Assembly: GCA_951406725.2 (NCBI GenBank)
Contig: OX597817.1
Span: 130,758,001-130,822,000, forward strand
From: Octopus vulgaris
Lineage: Eukaryota
Reading direction: 5' to 3'
Length of the DNA stretch: 64,000 nt
Made by a program: the position numbers and the translations under genes
The notes under the pieces: model-generated
What the model saw: only the letters and a program-made list of their open reading frames with translations
Database searches by the model: none
What the model was told of the DNA's origin: nothing
Shown: in pieces, positions 33,380 to 46,779 of the stretch
How positions within the stretch are numbered: position 1 is the stretch's first letter
Layout: every line of letters begins with the position of its first letter

Positions 33380-35810
33380 TAAATATTTTGGATCATCTTC
33401 AAATATCAGGATTTCCATATTTTCAGATGTTTGCTGTTCAATATGTCCAGGTATTCTGTAAATATTGTTTTCTGCACTTGTTATATAAACACATTCATTA
33501 ATTGTGATTAGACGAGGTCTTTGAATATATTTCCCATCATATTCTTATACTTTCGACCAACGATTTTTCCCTGAACCATTCCACAAAACAGAAATCATCC
33601 AACAATCCAGATTCTGTCTTCTTCTTCTTCTCCCACCTCACAACAACATCACCAAAAGATGTGATTCCTACATTATTCACCCCTGCTTCTCCCTCAAACC
33701 TTCCAAATCTCCACATATCCCCATAACACACTTCAGTTTTACATTTCCCATCATTGATATCAACTACATCGGCATAATGAGGCGTAGGCGTCGCGATATA
33801 TGCAAAAGTAGTAAAATTTGTGGTCCTACCATATTCCTTCGCAGCTGTTGTCTCTCTCTTCTTGAGTTGTGTCTCTAATATAATGACCACCACACACGAG
33901 TTGATTATCGTTGCATATGTAAATTGTGTGATAATATTTCTCAGTTTTGATGGGTTTTAAACGATAGAGATCTCTGTTAAAGACCATCATTTCGTTACTA
34001 AAGACGACTATAAAAATGTTCACCTGTTCACCTGTTCGCCGACACACGTCCAGTGGTGGTGGTTGCTGTGGTAGTTGCTTATGTTGAAGTATGTCACCTG
34101 TTGTTGTGCTGATTAATGTGACACTTTCTCGAAACATCAACACACTGACATTGTCATCTAACTTAATTAGTTTACTGCTCCGGTCCCTAATGTTCATCCA
34201 ATCAAAATTAACAGGTTCATCGAATGTAGGAATGGACAGAGGGACCATTGATGTTCTATATGACAGTCTCCTCACTGATATTTCATCAATTCCCGACTTA
34301 TTCTCCGCTATGTAATTACCACATCTCATTTTTAATATATCTTTATCAATTATTTCACCAATTTCACCTGATTTACCCCTTATTCCTCCTCCTCCTCCTC
34401 TCTCTCTCCCCTGTACTTCAGTTTATTAATTAATAAATCGCTGAATATTTCCTGGTTCATCTGAGATGTGATGGAAGGGAAATGGAGACCAGAATCAAAA
34501 TTAAATAACGACATTGATTCCAGAATATTCCGTTGGTCCCCATCTCTCTTTATGCAATGACACTCAACCGTTTCAATGTGTACACACCAGCAAACATTCC
34601 TCAATTCCCTCCATATCACATCATAAGGTATGAGACTTTGCTAAACTTTATACTTCTGCAAATCTTTTCCATTCAGTTGAAATATTTCTTTTCTTTTTAT
34701 GTCTCTTTCTTCTGTAAAACACACACCACCAACTAAACTTGCAACATTTCTGTAACATAGCAACTCCCCGTCTTCATCAAATATTTAGATATTTCCATTG
34801 TTGGCTTTTTCACACACAACTATTTTTCTTTCTTTAGAGATATTAATATCTTTTACTTGAACAGGATATTCGTCTATTTCTAAACAGGAAACGGAGAAGC
34901 TTCTCGATTAACCATGAATAATCCTTCAACATACAATACATTCGCTTCCCATCTGTGGTTTCCAACAAACATTGGTCTTTTACAGTTTATACTTGAGAAA
35001 TGTACTTCATATTTATAAATTCTTTTATTTAAAAATATTTTGTCGTATTCCCCAGTCTATGTCAAATACACAATGTTTTCATATCAAAATAAACCAGAAT
35101 ATTTATCCCACTCACCATAAATATACAAATGACTGTCATCATCACCAATATCATACACCATGTAGTGTCTAACTGAATGTAACTATTGACCATTACTGTT
35201 GAAGAAAAATGATGAACCTTTTGTTGCTGACAATGATGGCATGGTCAGCAGTAACTTGTGTTGTCAAAGTATATATCGGATTCATTGATCTTTGCTTCTT
35301 TGGTCAGAACTGGCGAAATAGGCCGAAATTTTGTTGTTATTTTTGGTACCTCAGTGCTCTTGTGGTTGTATGGGTTACAGATGAGATAAATGTCAAACAG
35401 TCTTTGTTGAAACCAATCAAGATTTTGCTGAACAAAATTATTATGTCGCTTTATAAATCCCAGAAATCTTTTCATTTTACGTTTAATATTACGTAAAATA
35501 GAAGGTCCATACAAACCCCTGTGATTACATTTATCCTTCACATAATCTATAAACGAACTGATGCGGTCGGATTTGATTATCATTAGGTAACATGTCGCAT
35601 TATGAAGAATGCTTCGTAATATGGAGATTTCTCATTCTTCAGATTTCTTTGTGCTTTTTGTATCCTGTTCTTCAGTTTTCTTTGTGTTATGTGCATGTAA
35701 TATTTGGGGTAGAATTCCTGTAGATTCCTTATAAATCGGTGTTGTATCACAGACTGCGACAGAAATGAGAGCCAACGCTTTGTTTTTTCATTAATTCTCT
35801 CCATTTTAGG
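33380..35810 (-). pseudogene. Decayed intronless gene with NHL/beta-propeller-like repeats
   Basis: Chain of minus-strand ORF fragments (35583-35804, 35245-35583, 34380-34619, 33826-34329, 33537-33893). Manual translation near 34745-34880: PVQVKDINISKERKIVVCEKANNGNI*IFDEDGELL. Confidence 0.5.
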
Positions 35811-36339
35811 AATGTAGAATTATTATCTTTTTTCTGTTAAATATAGTTTTTCTTTGCATTCTGTTTTCTTCATATGAATATAATTTATCATCTCACAATT
35901 CACTAATTTTTAGAGCAAAGCTGAAAAAAAATGAAAACTTTATTGGTTTTTGAAAAGTTTTGATAAAATAATATATTAAAAAAAAAAGGTTCATTTTACA
36001 GTTAAGAATAACATGTAAACTGTTTTCAATAGAATTAGCATAAAATAGATGTTGAAGACATAAATACACTATTAACTGTATTGACTGAATATAAGCAATG
36101 GTGAAAAGTTTTGCAATAAGACGGAATAGAAATATTTTGTGAAGGATATTTCTACAGATGTTCTATAGAAATTATAGCCATCAATGAGGTTTTGCTACAT
36201 CATTTTGTATTGAGATGTCAGATGTAAACAAACAATGAGATAGAAGACAAAAACATCTGTTGTTTCTTCCCCATGGTTGTTTACATCTAACGTCTCGAAA
36301 AAAATAGTGCTGGCTTCTGTAGAAATAACCTTAACAAAG

Positions 36340-36440
36340 TAAAGTATACTAGCCATCTCAATATGGCTAACCACTAAGGGTGGGTGTTACTGTAGCTTTT
36401 AGCCCCGATGTGGGTGTTACTGTAGCTTTTAGCCCCGATG
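36340..36440 (-). mobile_element. Fragment of the HHR retrozyme-like family, forming the 3' flank of Tx1 copy C; includes a 30-bp tandem duplication
   Basis: Minus strand catcggggctaaaagc and hairpin gccatattgagatggc match catggagctaataagc (22925) and gccatattagtatggc (22971). Confidence 0.7.
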
Positions 36441-39400
36441 TCTGTGCTTTCCCTACAAGTTTCTCCACGACAGTCGTCAACCTTTTTGCCAACACCTTGG
36501 CCAAAATCTTTAACTCTACATTAAGTAGAGTTATGGGCCTGTAATTACTAATGTTATCCCCCTTGCTCGGGTCTTTCTGGATTAGCGTCACAACTCCCCG
36601 GCTTACAGAACTGGGAATTCTCCCGTTCTGCTGCCAGTTCGCGTAGACGCCTGCCAGTATTCCCCCGAACAAGTCCGGCATACTTTGATAAAACTCGTAG
36701 GGCAGACCATCCAGCCCCGGCGACTTCTCCCCGGCGCATCCGGCCAGTACCCCCTCTATCTCCGCGGGAGTGATCGCTCCTTCATAGCACTCCACTTCAC
36801 GCCCCGAGAGCCGCGGTCCGCCGGCTAGGAAGTCCTTTAAGGCCCTCCCCCGCTCCAGCGAACCACCACTCCCGAACGCGCGAGCGAAATGCTGGTGAAG
36901 AAACTTTTGCATATCCTCCTGTCCATAGATCTTGTGTCCCTGTTCGTCAGTTAAAGACTTGATTGAAGCTTTGTTGCCTCTCTGACTCTCCACTCGACGG
37001 GCCCATCCGGCAACGTTAATACCTTCTCGTTTCCCTGCGCATAGCTTAGCTCTAACTCTGCAACCTTCGTGTTTGGAGTTAAGGTGATGATACAATACCG
37101 TCCTTGCCGCCATCACTCCGGATGCAGAGCCAGATTCCATTGCCTCGTTTAGATTCTTAACTAAATCGTCCTCTATCCTAGACCTATCTAACCTTAGCTG
37201 ATTGCTAAATCTAATGGACTCTGAACGAATGGCTCTTTTGAGGGAGTGCCACCATCTATTGTTAATGATGGTGCCACATAATGCCCTCTGTACTAACACC
37301 TTAATCCGGGTACGGAAGTCTTCACAATTCAAAATAGACTTGTTCAGCTTCCAGTACCCGGGTCCCTGTCTATGACACTTATCTAATAGCACCCTACAAG
37401 TCACAAATGTGTAATCCGTGTAAGACACAATGTGAAACTGTGGACAACTAAACGTATCCTTATCTCTTTTCCTAACGAATATCCTATCTATATACGATCT
37501 GCGTGAGTCGTCGTTGTTACTCCACGTCCACTGTGGAACGCTCGGCTCATCCAGTCGATAACGGTCTACTAGATTAAAGCTCTCTAGTAGACCCTTGAGG
37601 CTAGGGTTCCCCTTCCTATTGGTTGAGCCAACACTGTCGACCTGCGCTTCGAGGACAGTGTTAAAGTCCCCTACTAAGACTACCGTTTTCGACGTCACTA
37701 AAAAGTGCTCCAGATTCCGAAAAAAACCCGACTGCCTATTCTAATTCGGAGCGTAGACAGCTACCAACCTGAAGGACTGTTTACTTAGGTGGGTCACATC
37801 CAGAACGACCAGCCTGCCTTCTGGGTCCAGAAAGACAGTACTTACCTGCAAGTCCAAGCTCTTCCTGATAAGGACTGCCACGCCCCTTCCTCTTCCTCGG
37901 CTAGGAGAAATAAATTTCTCGAAACCATTTAGAAGAGGCGAGAACGCTTGGGCCCTGTTCATCTTGGACTCGATTACAATAGCTACGTCCACTCCGTGTG
38001 TCGTGAGGTCGTTCAGGAGACAAATTTGTTTCCATTTCGACCCCATTCCACGCACATTCACACAACCCAGCTTTGCCATTGTCGGAGAGAGAGAAAAAAA
38101 CTTACGGTTGGGACAGGGAGCATGACAGTTTAAATCTGCATGCTTCCCCTTCTTCCTCCCTCGTGGTCGTAGCTGCAGGGCTCTTAACCGGCGTTTCCAT
38201 CGGGCTCTGGGTAGGTGTGGTTGCCGGGGTTATAGTAAATTTACCCTCCAGTATTTCGTTAGTAACGTCTCTGATAAGGTTATTTTTTAAATGTTCTTGA
38301 AGTGTTTTTTCCTTCCACTCGTCTTCCTTTATTTTTGCAAAACGAGTGATCGACTTAGTGGCTGCAGACTTACTGAATAATTTCAGTTTTGAAAATTCAA
38401 AATACTTGAACACTCTATCATTTTTCTCGTCGAATGCTACAACCTTTTCATTTTTTTAATCAATTTTTTCCAATCTTGTTTTATGGGGAGGGGCTTGGCG
38501 AACTGTGTTCCAATGAATACAGTGCCGTGGGGGTAGGGCTGGGGAATTTGTTTTGTATGTATCTCTGCGGTGTTTGCAGATCTTTTCTTTGTTTGGGGAG
38601 GGGAGTCCAGGGTATTTTCTTTTTTCTTTTGTGTGTCACCTGTGTAAATTCCATTTGTTCATTTTTATCTTCCGTTTCGATTCCCTTCCTTGTCGCAGTC
38701 TTGGGGTCTTTTTCCGCCTTTTCTTTTTCTGTGTTTGAAGCACTTTGAGGAGGGCTTCGCTGTTTTTCTTTTTTTTATGCAGTTCGAGCGGACGTGACCC
38801 TTTTCACCACATTTGAAACACCTAGGTCTGCGCCCCTCCACTGGCACTCTCATTGTAATTCCCTCCTCAATAAATACCCTATCGGGTAAGTTTTCTAGCA
38901 CATTATTTTCTGCTTGAACGAGGAGTTCGAGCGCTTGTCCCTTCCAGTTTACCTCCTCTTTCCTTTTCATCTGCAGAATTGAGACTTTCTGCTCTACGTC
39001 GTACAGAACCGCCGCTGCTACCCACATTATATCATATCCTCTTGGAATGTCTTCCACATATAGTTTCGCAGTTCTTTTTCCCATATATGTAGGTAGTAAC
39101 ATGATGTCCTCACTTTTTAAGGTCATCGATGAAATCTCTCTTGCCACATCAGCCGAGTCAAAATGTGCTTCAACGGTAGCGCTGCGAGCACCTCGACCGA
39201 CGTAGCGAATTTTGCTCCACACCGGGGACAAGCACTTCTCGACTATTTCGTTCTTCACGTCCATTATTTTTTTCTCTTTGTTTCTGTAAACCTTGTATAC
39301 GACTGTCTTAGCCTTTATTTCCTGTAATATCGCTTGCGGCGGTACCAGTTTAATTTCGTTGCCTTCCTTTTTTACCAAGTTCCGGTATTCGAACAACTGT

Positions 39401-39748
39401 TCTATTTTAAATTCTACTTCCGTTATGGTTCCACCCACTGCGGCCGAAAAAGACTGTTTTTTAACCTCGACATCCTTCTGTTCGCCTTTTCTCATCACGG
39501 GAAAGTCGCTCCTCGACGCCAAGTCGAACTCCATTTCTCAAATTATGAGAACCAATTTTTCAATAAAAAAAAATTACCCTGAAGGTAATAACAATGTTTA
39601 TACACACAATTTTCAGCCCCGTAGGGCGAAAATTACTGTCACACAACGGACAACTGTTCAATTCACGAGCAAATACAAACAACGACGAACAAAAAACGAA
39701 CACACTCAACAAAATAGGCAGCTAACTTCTCAATACGCAGATGAAAGA
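36438..39748 (-). mobile_element. Tx1-clade non-LTR retrotransposon copy C: 5' end intact, 3' half deleted within the RT
   Basis: ORF1 38102-39534 (CFKCGEKGHVRSNC; ends LSCSLSQP*). ORF2 from 38079 (MAKLGCVNVRG) to GKAQT at ~36440. 5' end estimated by analogy with copy B. Confidence 0.93.
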
Positions 39749-40069
39749 GGGGTCCCTAGACGAGTCAAAACACCGGTTTTCGATGAAGGGAGACCTGTTT
39801 GCAAATATTTATTTAATGTTTTTTCCCAGTAACTTCCGTCACTGATTTCGAAAAACTGTCTGCAAGCAATAATAAATCTCTGAACGAGATGTAAACAGTA
39901 ACCTCTCGACAACGTAAATATTGATTAAGCTGGAGATAAAACTGTTATTAATCTGACAAACGCTGTAAATCTCTCATCATCTCAATACAATCCACACAAT
40001 TATCATACACAATATTTATTAACTTGGAAAGCTCATCAAAAGATGGGGTTTAATATAATCACACCGAGT

Positions 40070-40465
40070 CGCCAGACTGGGTCCCCGTGCGGGTGGTACG
40101 TAATAAGCACCCTCAGAACGTGGTCGATGCTAGCCTCCCACCCCGACTAGCTCCTGTGCCGGTGGCATGCAAAAAGCACCATCCGAACGTGGTCGATGCC
40201 AGCCCCACTCTGCCCCGACTGGCTCCTCTGCCGGTAAAAACCACCATCCAAACGTGGTTGATGCCAGTGTCGCCTCACTGGCTCCCGAGCCGGTGGCACG
40301 TAAAAAGCACCCACCACATTCTCGGAGTGGTTGGCGTTAGAAAAGGCATCCAGCTGTAGAAACATTGCCAGATGATATTTGAGCCTGGCGCGGCCTCCTG
40401 GCTTATCAGTCAAACCGTCCAACCCATGCCAGCATGGAAAACGGACGTTAAACGATGATGATGAT
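40070..40465 (+). mobile_element. Non-autonomous repeat sharing the RTE-associated tail, with (GAT)n end
   Basis: Internal subrepeats and caacccatgccagcatggaaaacggacgttaaacgatgatgat; matches 55260-55620 and 60232-60560. Confidence 0.75.
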
Positions 40466-41814
40466 ACACAGCATGTTGAGAGGATCATTATTATTTGTTC
40501 CTGATTGAGATAATAAAGAATAAGCCCAATTAATGAAAGGTGAGTTCATCCTTTAATTACTTCGCAAATTCACCCCCAACTGCAAACAAAAAATAAACAA
40601 GAAAGAGAAAAAGACGGGTCCCCCAATTGCAAATTTAAAAATCGGGGACATTATATATCAACAAGTTTAACAAGTCCGTCTTAAATATGTCAGCAAATTG
40701 TGTCGGGCTAAACTGACATATACTTAGTCAAAGACGCATGCACAATGTATGTATATATATTTGAATATATGCATATTTATATGCATGTATGCATGTATAT
40801 ATGTATCTATTTTTGTATGTGTATGCAAGTATACATGTACGGATGTGTGCATGTATGTGCGTATGTATGTATCTATGCATGTATATTCGAATGTATGTAT
40901 GTATCTACGTACGTATTTTTGATTGTGTGTGCGTTTTAAACTTGGATATATATATATATATATATATACGCGCATACAAACGGAGAGTTGTTTTTGCATT
41001 GTCTACTCAAAACGAATGATCGCAATTGGGTTATCTTTCGCAAAAACTGCGTGCTTGTCCTGTTTGACGTGTGGAAGAGGAAGCAAACAGGTGTACGTGC
41101 GTGCTTGTTGTATTTTTATGTATTTATGTATGTGGATTGTAGATATAACAAAAGCAACATCGCATTGAATCTTTGCTTTTGCCTGCTTCATGTGTGTATG
41201 TAAAATCCGTAAATTTCTAAAAAGAAAACGAGATTTTGCATACATACATTAAGCAGATTAATAACAAATATGCAAGGCTTTTTTCTCCAAGTTTAAAACG
41301 CACACACAATCAAAAATACATACGTAGATACATGCATACATTCAAATATACATGCATAGATACATACATGAATGTCTGTTCTACACACGGGAATGAATAC
41401 GATTACGTAAGCCTCAAAAAAGGAAATATTTTTGTATGATTTAAGGGGGGATTTAGCTGTTATTTCTAGCACATCGTACAATCACCTTTCTCGTTTCTTT
41501 TTTCCTGGCACGTGCCGCTGTTTATGATGGCTATATTCAGTCTATCAATGAAGTCTTAAATAAGCCACCAACTGCTATCTATAATCACATACATAAGCTT
41601 TATAATTAATTTGTCTCATTAAAAGTGATAGGAGAGGGAAGTATCTATTTAGGCAGAAGCCTGTAAGCGAAACTATATACATATAAAGCATATCTACAAA
41701 TGTCTACAGATCTGTAGCCCAACCATATGGGGATTTCTACAGATGTGTATCTCGCCCTCATGCCATATAACATAACTGCATTTCCTTAAAATGCATTAAT
41801 TTTTCTGAAGCTTT

Positions 41815-42420
41815 TCAGTAACACCCACTCTTTGTGGTTAGCCATATTGAGATGGCTATTATACTTTACATTGTCAAGCGGTTACTGTTTACATCTCGCT
41901 CAGAGATTTATTATTGTTGTAAGAATATTTTTGTTAAATTTGAAAGGATTGTTTGGCGTCTGAAAGTATGAAGTTTACAAAAAGAAAAACAAGTTTTGAT
42001 TCAAGACATTCCTTTTATAAAATTAAGCCTATAGAATTGTTTTGAAACGCTATCGGAATCTTTCAGTACACAGAAGCAACCTCTTGAGAAGCTGACTCAC
42101 ACTTTGTGGTTAGCCATATTGAGATGGCTATTATACACTTTACATTCTTACAACATTTTCTCAAGTAAAAGTAAATCCATTTTATTTTCTCTATTTTTTT
42201 GTGAAATTGTGTCGTTCTGAGAAAATTGCTTATTTGTGAATTCAGGAAACTCCTTCAGGTTTGTGACTCACCCTCACTTATATTGTTATCATTATTTTCT
42301 GTTGTTTTATTCTTTGATAGATTTGACCACTTATCTATGGGCAACATACTTTGTATTTAATGATATTAAAATATGAAAATTACAGTTACATATTTTGAGC
42401 AGAAGGAGATGAAGATCTCA
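41815..42420. mobile_element. Composite relic: retrozyme-family fragments (41815-41920, 42100-42145) interleaved with hAT pieces in both orientations
   Basis: gccatattgagatggc hairpin occurs twice. 41866-41915 matches the reverse complement of 39860-39915. 41945-42090 resembles 3238-3380 and 42150-42360 is inverted relative to 3015-3200. Confidence 0.6.
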
Positions 42421-42581
42421 CTCAGTAAATGAACTAATTTTGAGTCATCGCAGTCGAAAGTTATCATTTTTAGTATTAGAGAGTGACTAAGAGTGTTAGA
42501 TTTATTCAGTTTCCAAAACTAGTTCTTTTATAAATAAATTTATAGCTAAAGATGAAATTTAAAACTAAATATGTTCCTATA

Positions 42582-42972
42582 GGCGCAGGAGTAGCTATGT
42601 GGTAAGTAGCTTGCTAACCAACCACATGGTTCCGGGTTCAGTCCCACTGCGTGGCATCTTAGGCAAGTGTCTTCTGCTATAGCCCCGAGCCGACCAATGC
42701 CTTGTGAGTGGATTTGGTAGACGGAAACTGAAAGAAGCCTGTCGTAGTTATGTATATATATATATAAGTGTGTGTGTCTGTGTTTGTCCTCCCAACATCG
42801 CTTGACAACCGATGCTGGTGTGTTTACGTCCCCGTCACTTAGCGGTTCGGCAAAACAGACCGATAGCATAAGTACTGGGCTTACAAAGAATAAGTCCCGG
42901 GGTCGATTTACTCGACTAAAGGCGGTGCTCCAGCATGGCCGCAGTCAAATGACTGAAACAAGTAAAAGAGTA
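42582..42972 (+). mobile_element. tRNA-derived SINE (full-length)
   Basis: ggcgcaggagtagctatgtggtaag...gggttcagtccc head, conserved body and tail ending gactgaaacaagtaaaagagtaa. Confidence 0.9.
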
Positions 42973-43134
42973 AATTAGTTTATATAAAGTGTAAGTTATT
43001 GTTTCGTACAACTTTCAGGAAGAAAAATCATATTTATTATATTTTTGTTGAGACTTTAAATTACAAATAATGGTTGAATACAATTTCATTCCCAGCTTTT
43101 GGAACTAAAACTAAATATGTTTGCAGCTTACTTA

Positions 43135-44706
43135 AAATAAAAGCATGTAAGCGAGTCCTAGCAAGACCACTTCAGTCTCTCTTTCAGAGCTTCCTTGCAG
43201 CTGGCAAACTTGTAAGCAAGCTGAAAGAGGGTAAAATATACCCTAATCATAAAGGAGGTAGCAGAGCAGAGGCCAAAAGCTACAGACCTATCTCTCTGAC
43301 CTTTCACATCAGCAAAGTCATGGAACGAATAGTCATAAGAAAACTAGTTACCTTCCTTGAAGAAAATGACTTGCTGGCTGACAACCAGCATGGTTTCCGA
43401 CCAGGAAGAAGCTGCCTAACGCAGCTCCTACAACACTATGACTGGGTGCTGAAACAACTGCTCGATCACTCAAATGTGGAAGTGATATATCTTGACTTTT
43501 CAAAGGCCTTTCATAAAGTTGATCATGGAATGATATGTCACAAATTGCGTGATCTTGGCATAGTTGGAAAATTGGGAGAATGGCTTCATGACTTTCTGAA
43601 GGATAGAAGTCAGATGATAGTAGCCAATGACATGCAAATAGTGAGCAGTGTTCAGCAAGGCACTGTTTCGGGACCACTACTGTTGATAATGGCCATCTTA
43701 GATATGCCCTCAGCCACACTGAAAGTCACAATCACAAGTTATGCAGATGATACAAAAGTCTTATAGGTAATATAAAACCTTGAGTACACTATGCACCTGC
43801 AACATGAGCAGGATGAAATATACAAGTGAGCTGAAAAGATAGCATGCAGTTTAATGCTGAAAAGTTTCAAGTCTTGTACTATCAGTATGCAAAACTAAAT
43901 GCAGTACCAATTAAATACACTGAACCTGGAGGGATTGCAATCCCAGAGACACAGTCAGTGCGAGAACCGGGCATTTACATGAGTGATAGTGCATCTTTCC
44001 ATGTGCATGTTGCTAAGTTGGCAATGAAATGCAGGCGGCTGACTGGATGGATTCTTAGAACTTTTAGAACAAGAGATTGAGAAACCATGATGATCCTCTG
44101 GAGGACACTTGTCCTAAGCCACTTTGACTATTGCTCTCAGCTATGGACACCAACCAGTGTCACATTCATTGCAGGACTTGAGACAAAAAAAAATAAAGCT
44201 AGCCTCTATGTAGCATATAAGTTACTGGGAAAGACTCAAGAGATTAAGACTCTATTCCTTTGAGCGTAGGTGAGAAAGATATGTCATAATATACATCTGG
44301 AAGATCCTGGAGGGATCTTTCCCCAAACTTTGGCATCGAGAGTTACACATATACTAGAACAGGGCACCACTTCATAGTGCCAAGGACTTCAAATTTGCCA
44401 TCAAGATATAGGACAAGATATTGTGCTTCAGGGGACCACAGCTCTTCAATATCCTCCCGAAGGGCCTGAGAGAGCTGCATGGGGTGGATGTACGTGATTT
44501 CAAAATGAAACTGAACCTCGTACTGTCAAGTGTCTGAGATTAACCAACTTCATAGTAGGAGGTGCAGATGAGGGCTGCGGCATTAAACTCCCTCAAACGT
44601 AGCTTTCTAAAAAGAATTAGTAAAGTAAAATTATGAAGCAACACCAAATGGCGGTACCACAGCATGGCCACGACTCATGAGCTGAAACTAAATCAAATCT
44701 AATCAA
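43135..44706 (+). mobile_element. CR1/L2-group LINE, 5'-truncated, RT pseudogene
   Basis: SYRPISLT, NQHGFRPGRSCLTQL, IYLDFSKAF, QGTVSGPLL, SYADDTK, MQFNAEKF; short-repeat tail. Confidence 0.88.
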
Positions 44707-45443
44707 TTCTGTACATATTTTGATAGCAAATAATTCGTTTTAATATTAATAATTTCTATTAATAACTGCTTATCATTTTCTGAAATAAATTTGATGTAAT
44801 TTAAATATTTTTTTGTATTTAATTTCAGATCAATCAACTTTATTCATTCCAATCACAAGAGAATCCAATAACAAGTGGATAATGCTTAGGAGTCTTTCTC
44901 TCTTGTTTCACTAAATCTTGCACGGCGGAACTTCCTGCCACATCTCATAAATTTTACATATTTAATCTGAGTACATGATGCAAAAACTCGATATTTCATT
45001 GCAAATTAAAATGGAATAAAGTCGTGCAGTTTAAAGGATAATATTGTAGGGGAAAATAGTACTTTTCCATTATCAGAAGTTATCTGAAAAGAGGGAGACA
45101 CAGTGGATTTCCCACAATCACATGGAATTAAAAACAAAAAACAAATGTGTAATTATTTTAATATGACAGGATTTTTCAGCACGGATATTATTAAATACTC
45201 AAGTTTTGGATTTATTTTGATAAGGAAAATCATAAAGTATTATTTTTCGCTGACAAACTAACTGCAGTACTTAGTAAATGATGATAAACCTAAAGCTAGA
45301 ATATAAAACAAAAGTAGTTCTTAATTGCTCACCCAACCACCTGATTCTTTATGCAACCACCCCCACTCTGGAATAGCCTGTCTTAAACCACAACAATACA
45401 AAGTGAAATATTCATATAGACACTATTGCTATATGATACACAA

Positions 45444-45673
45444 GGCGGCGAGCTGGCAGACACGTTAGCACGCCGGGCGAAATGCGTAGCCGTAATTCGT
45501 CTGCCGTTACATTCTGAGTTCAAATTCCGCCGAGGTCGACTTTGCCTTTCATCCTTTCAGGGTCGATAAATTAAGTACCAGTTACGCACTGGGGTCGATG
45601 TAATCCACTTAATCCCTTTGTCTATCCTTGTTCTTCCCCTCTATGTTTAGCCCCTTGTGGGCAATAAAGAAAT
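45444..45673 (+). mobile_element. tRNA-derived SINE with Meta-like domain
   Basis: Homologous to 31595 and 62491. Confidence 0.88.
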
Positions 45674-46779
45674 ATATCGCTATATTATACACATAGAGGC
45701 AGGACATTAATATTTCTGTACCAGACATTCTACTCTCAGCTGTAAATGAAGGCAAGTAACTGTCAATATACTAGAGGATATTAAAACTGTTTTCATAACA
45801 ATGGGAGTGTTTAGAGAGGTAATTAGATATACAGCAACAACAAATGGACATTTCAAAGTTTATCTTTATTGCAAGCATTAATCTCTAGCAAGAAAGCCAA
45901 ATCATTCAGGGAGTTTTTCTTTGGTCTATAGACGTGCTACAATTAGTATCTAAATCCTCTTTGATTCGCAATTGATCACCTTAAACAAGGACACATTGGA
46001 CAATGTGCTTATGGGTTGTCAATAATTAGGATAAAAATATGATGGTCCTGGATGGAATGCAATTGATCATGGGTATCTGTTGGCGAAGGTAGACCTAGGA
46101 CTTAATAAAATTGTCTTGTGTGATGCCTTACCTTCTTTGGGTTATTAATATAATACTGTTAGATACATCTCACATATTATAGAAGTATTCTGTCTGGATG
46201 ACAGATAATAATAATAATAATAGTAGTAATAATAATAATAATAATAATAATAATATATTTAACTGGATCAAGGCCATCAATTTAGAGAGAAGCTGATAAT
46301 GGAACGTTCTTAATGTAAACATATGAAGCGTTTTAGTTCGCAGGAAAGAAGACTCACGAACATCTCCCCCATTCACCTACATGTGAGTGAAGTGTGATCT
46401 TCAACTACATCAACACTGGGAAGTGAAGAGGCCACGACATGTCACTCAAGATACGTGCTGTCATCTAAAAAAAAACACATTTCTGATGTAGTCCTACGCT
46501 TCTAAGTAAAAGACAGATGTCACACTTGGAACAATCTCAAGTCTTCCAGATGAAGGCAGATATCTGGCGAAACAACAATGATAACAACTGATAAATTATT
46601 AGATAATATAGGATGAGTAATAGATAGTGTTGACAGTCCATATACAGATAATGGTGGTTTAGAACTGAAGAATTCAACATTGAGGCTTTTATGTTGATAA
46701 AGTAGATCTTGACGAACGAAGACATCTTCATAGACATTTTCAAAGAAAGATAGTTTGATATCATAAGCATGACAATCAT

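Noticed and set aside
36367-36440. Novel C-terminal extension SGLKATVTPT x2 on the copy C ORF2
   Set aside because: Read-through into flanking non-coding repeat with a 30-bp tandem duplication after the deletion junction.
39780-39800. tcgatgaagggagacc on the plus strand, resembling the copy A ribozyme core
   Set aside because: No GAAA or closing stems, and opposite orientation to the host unit.
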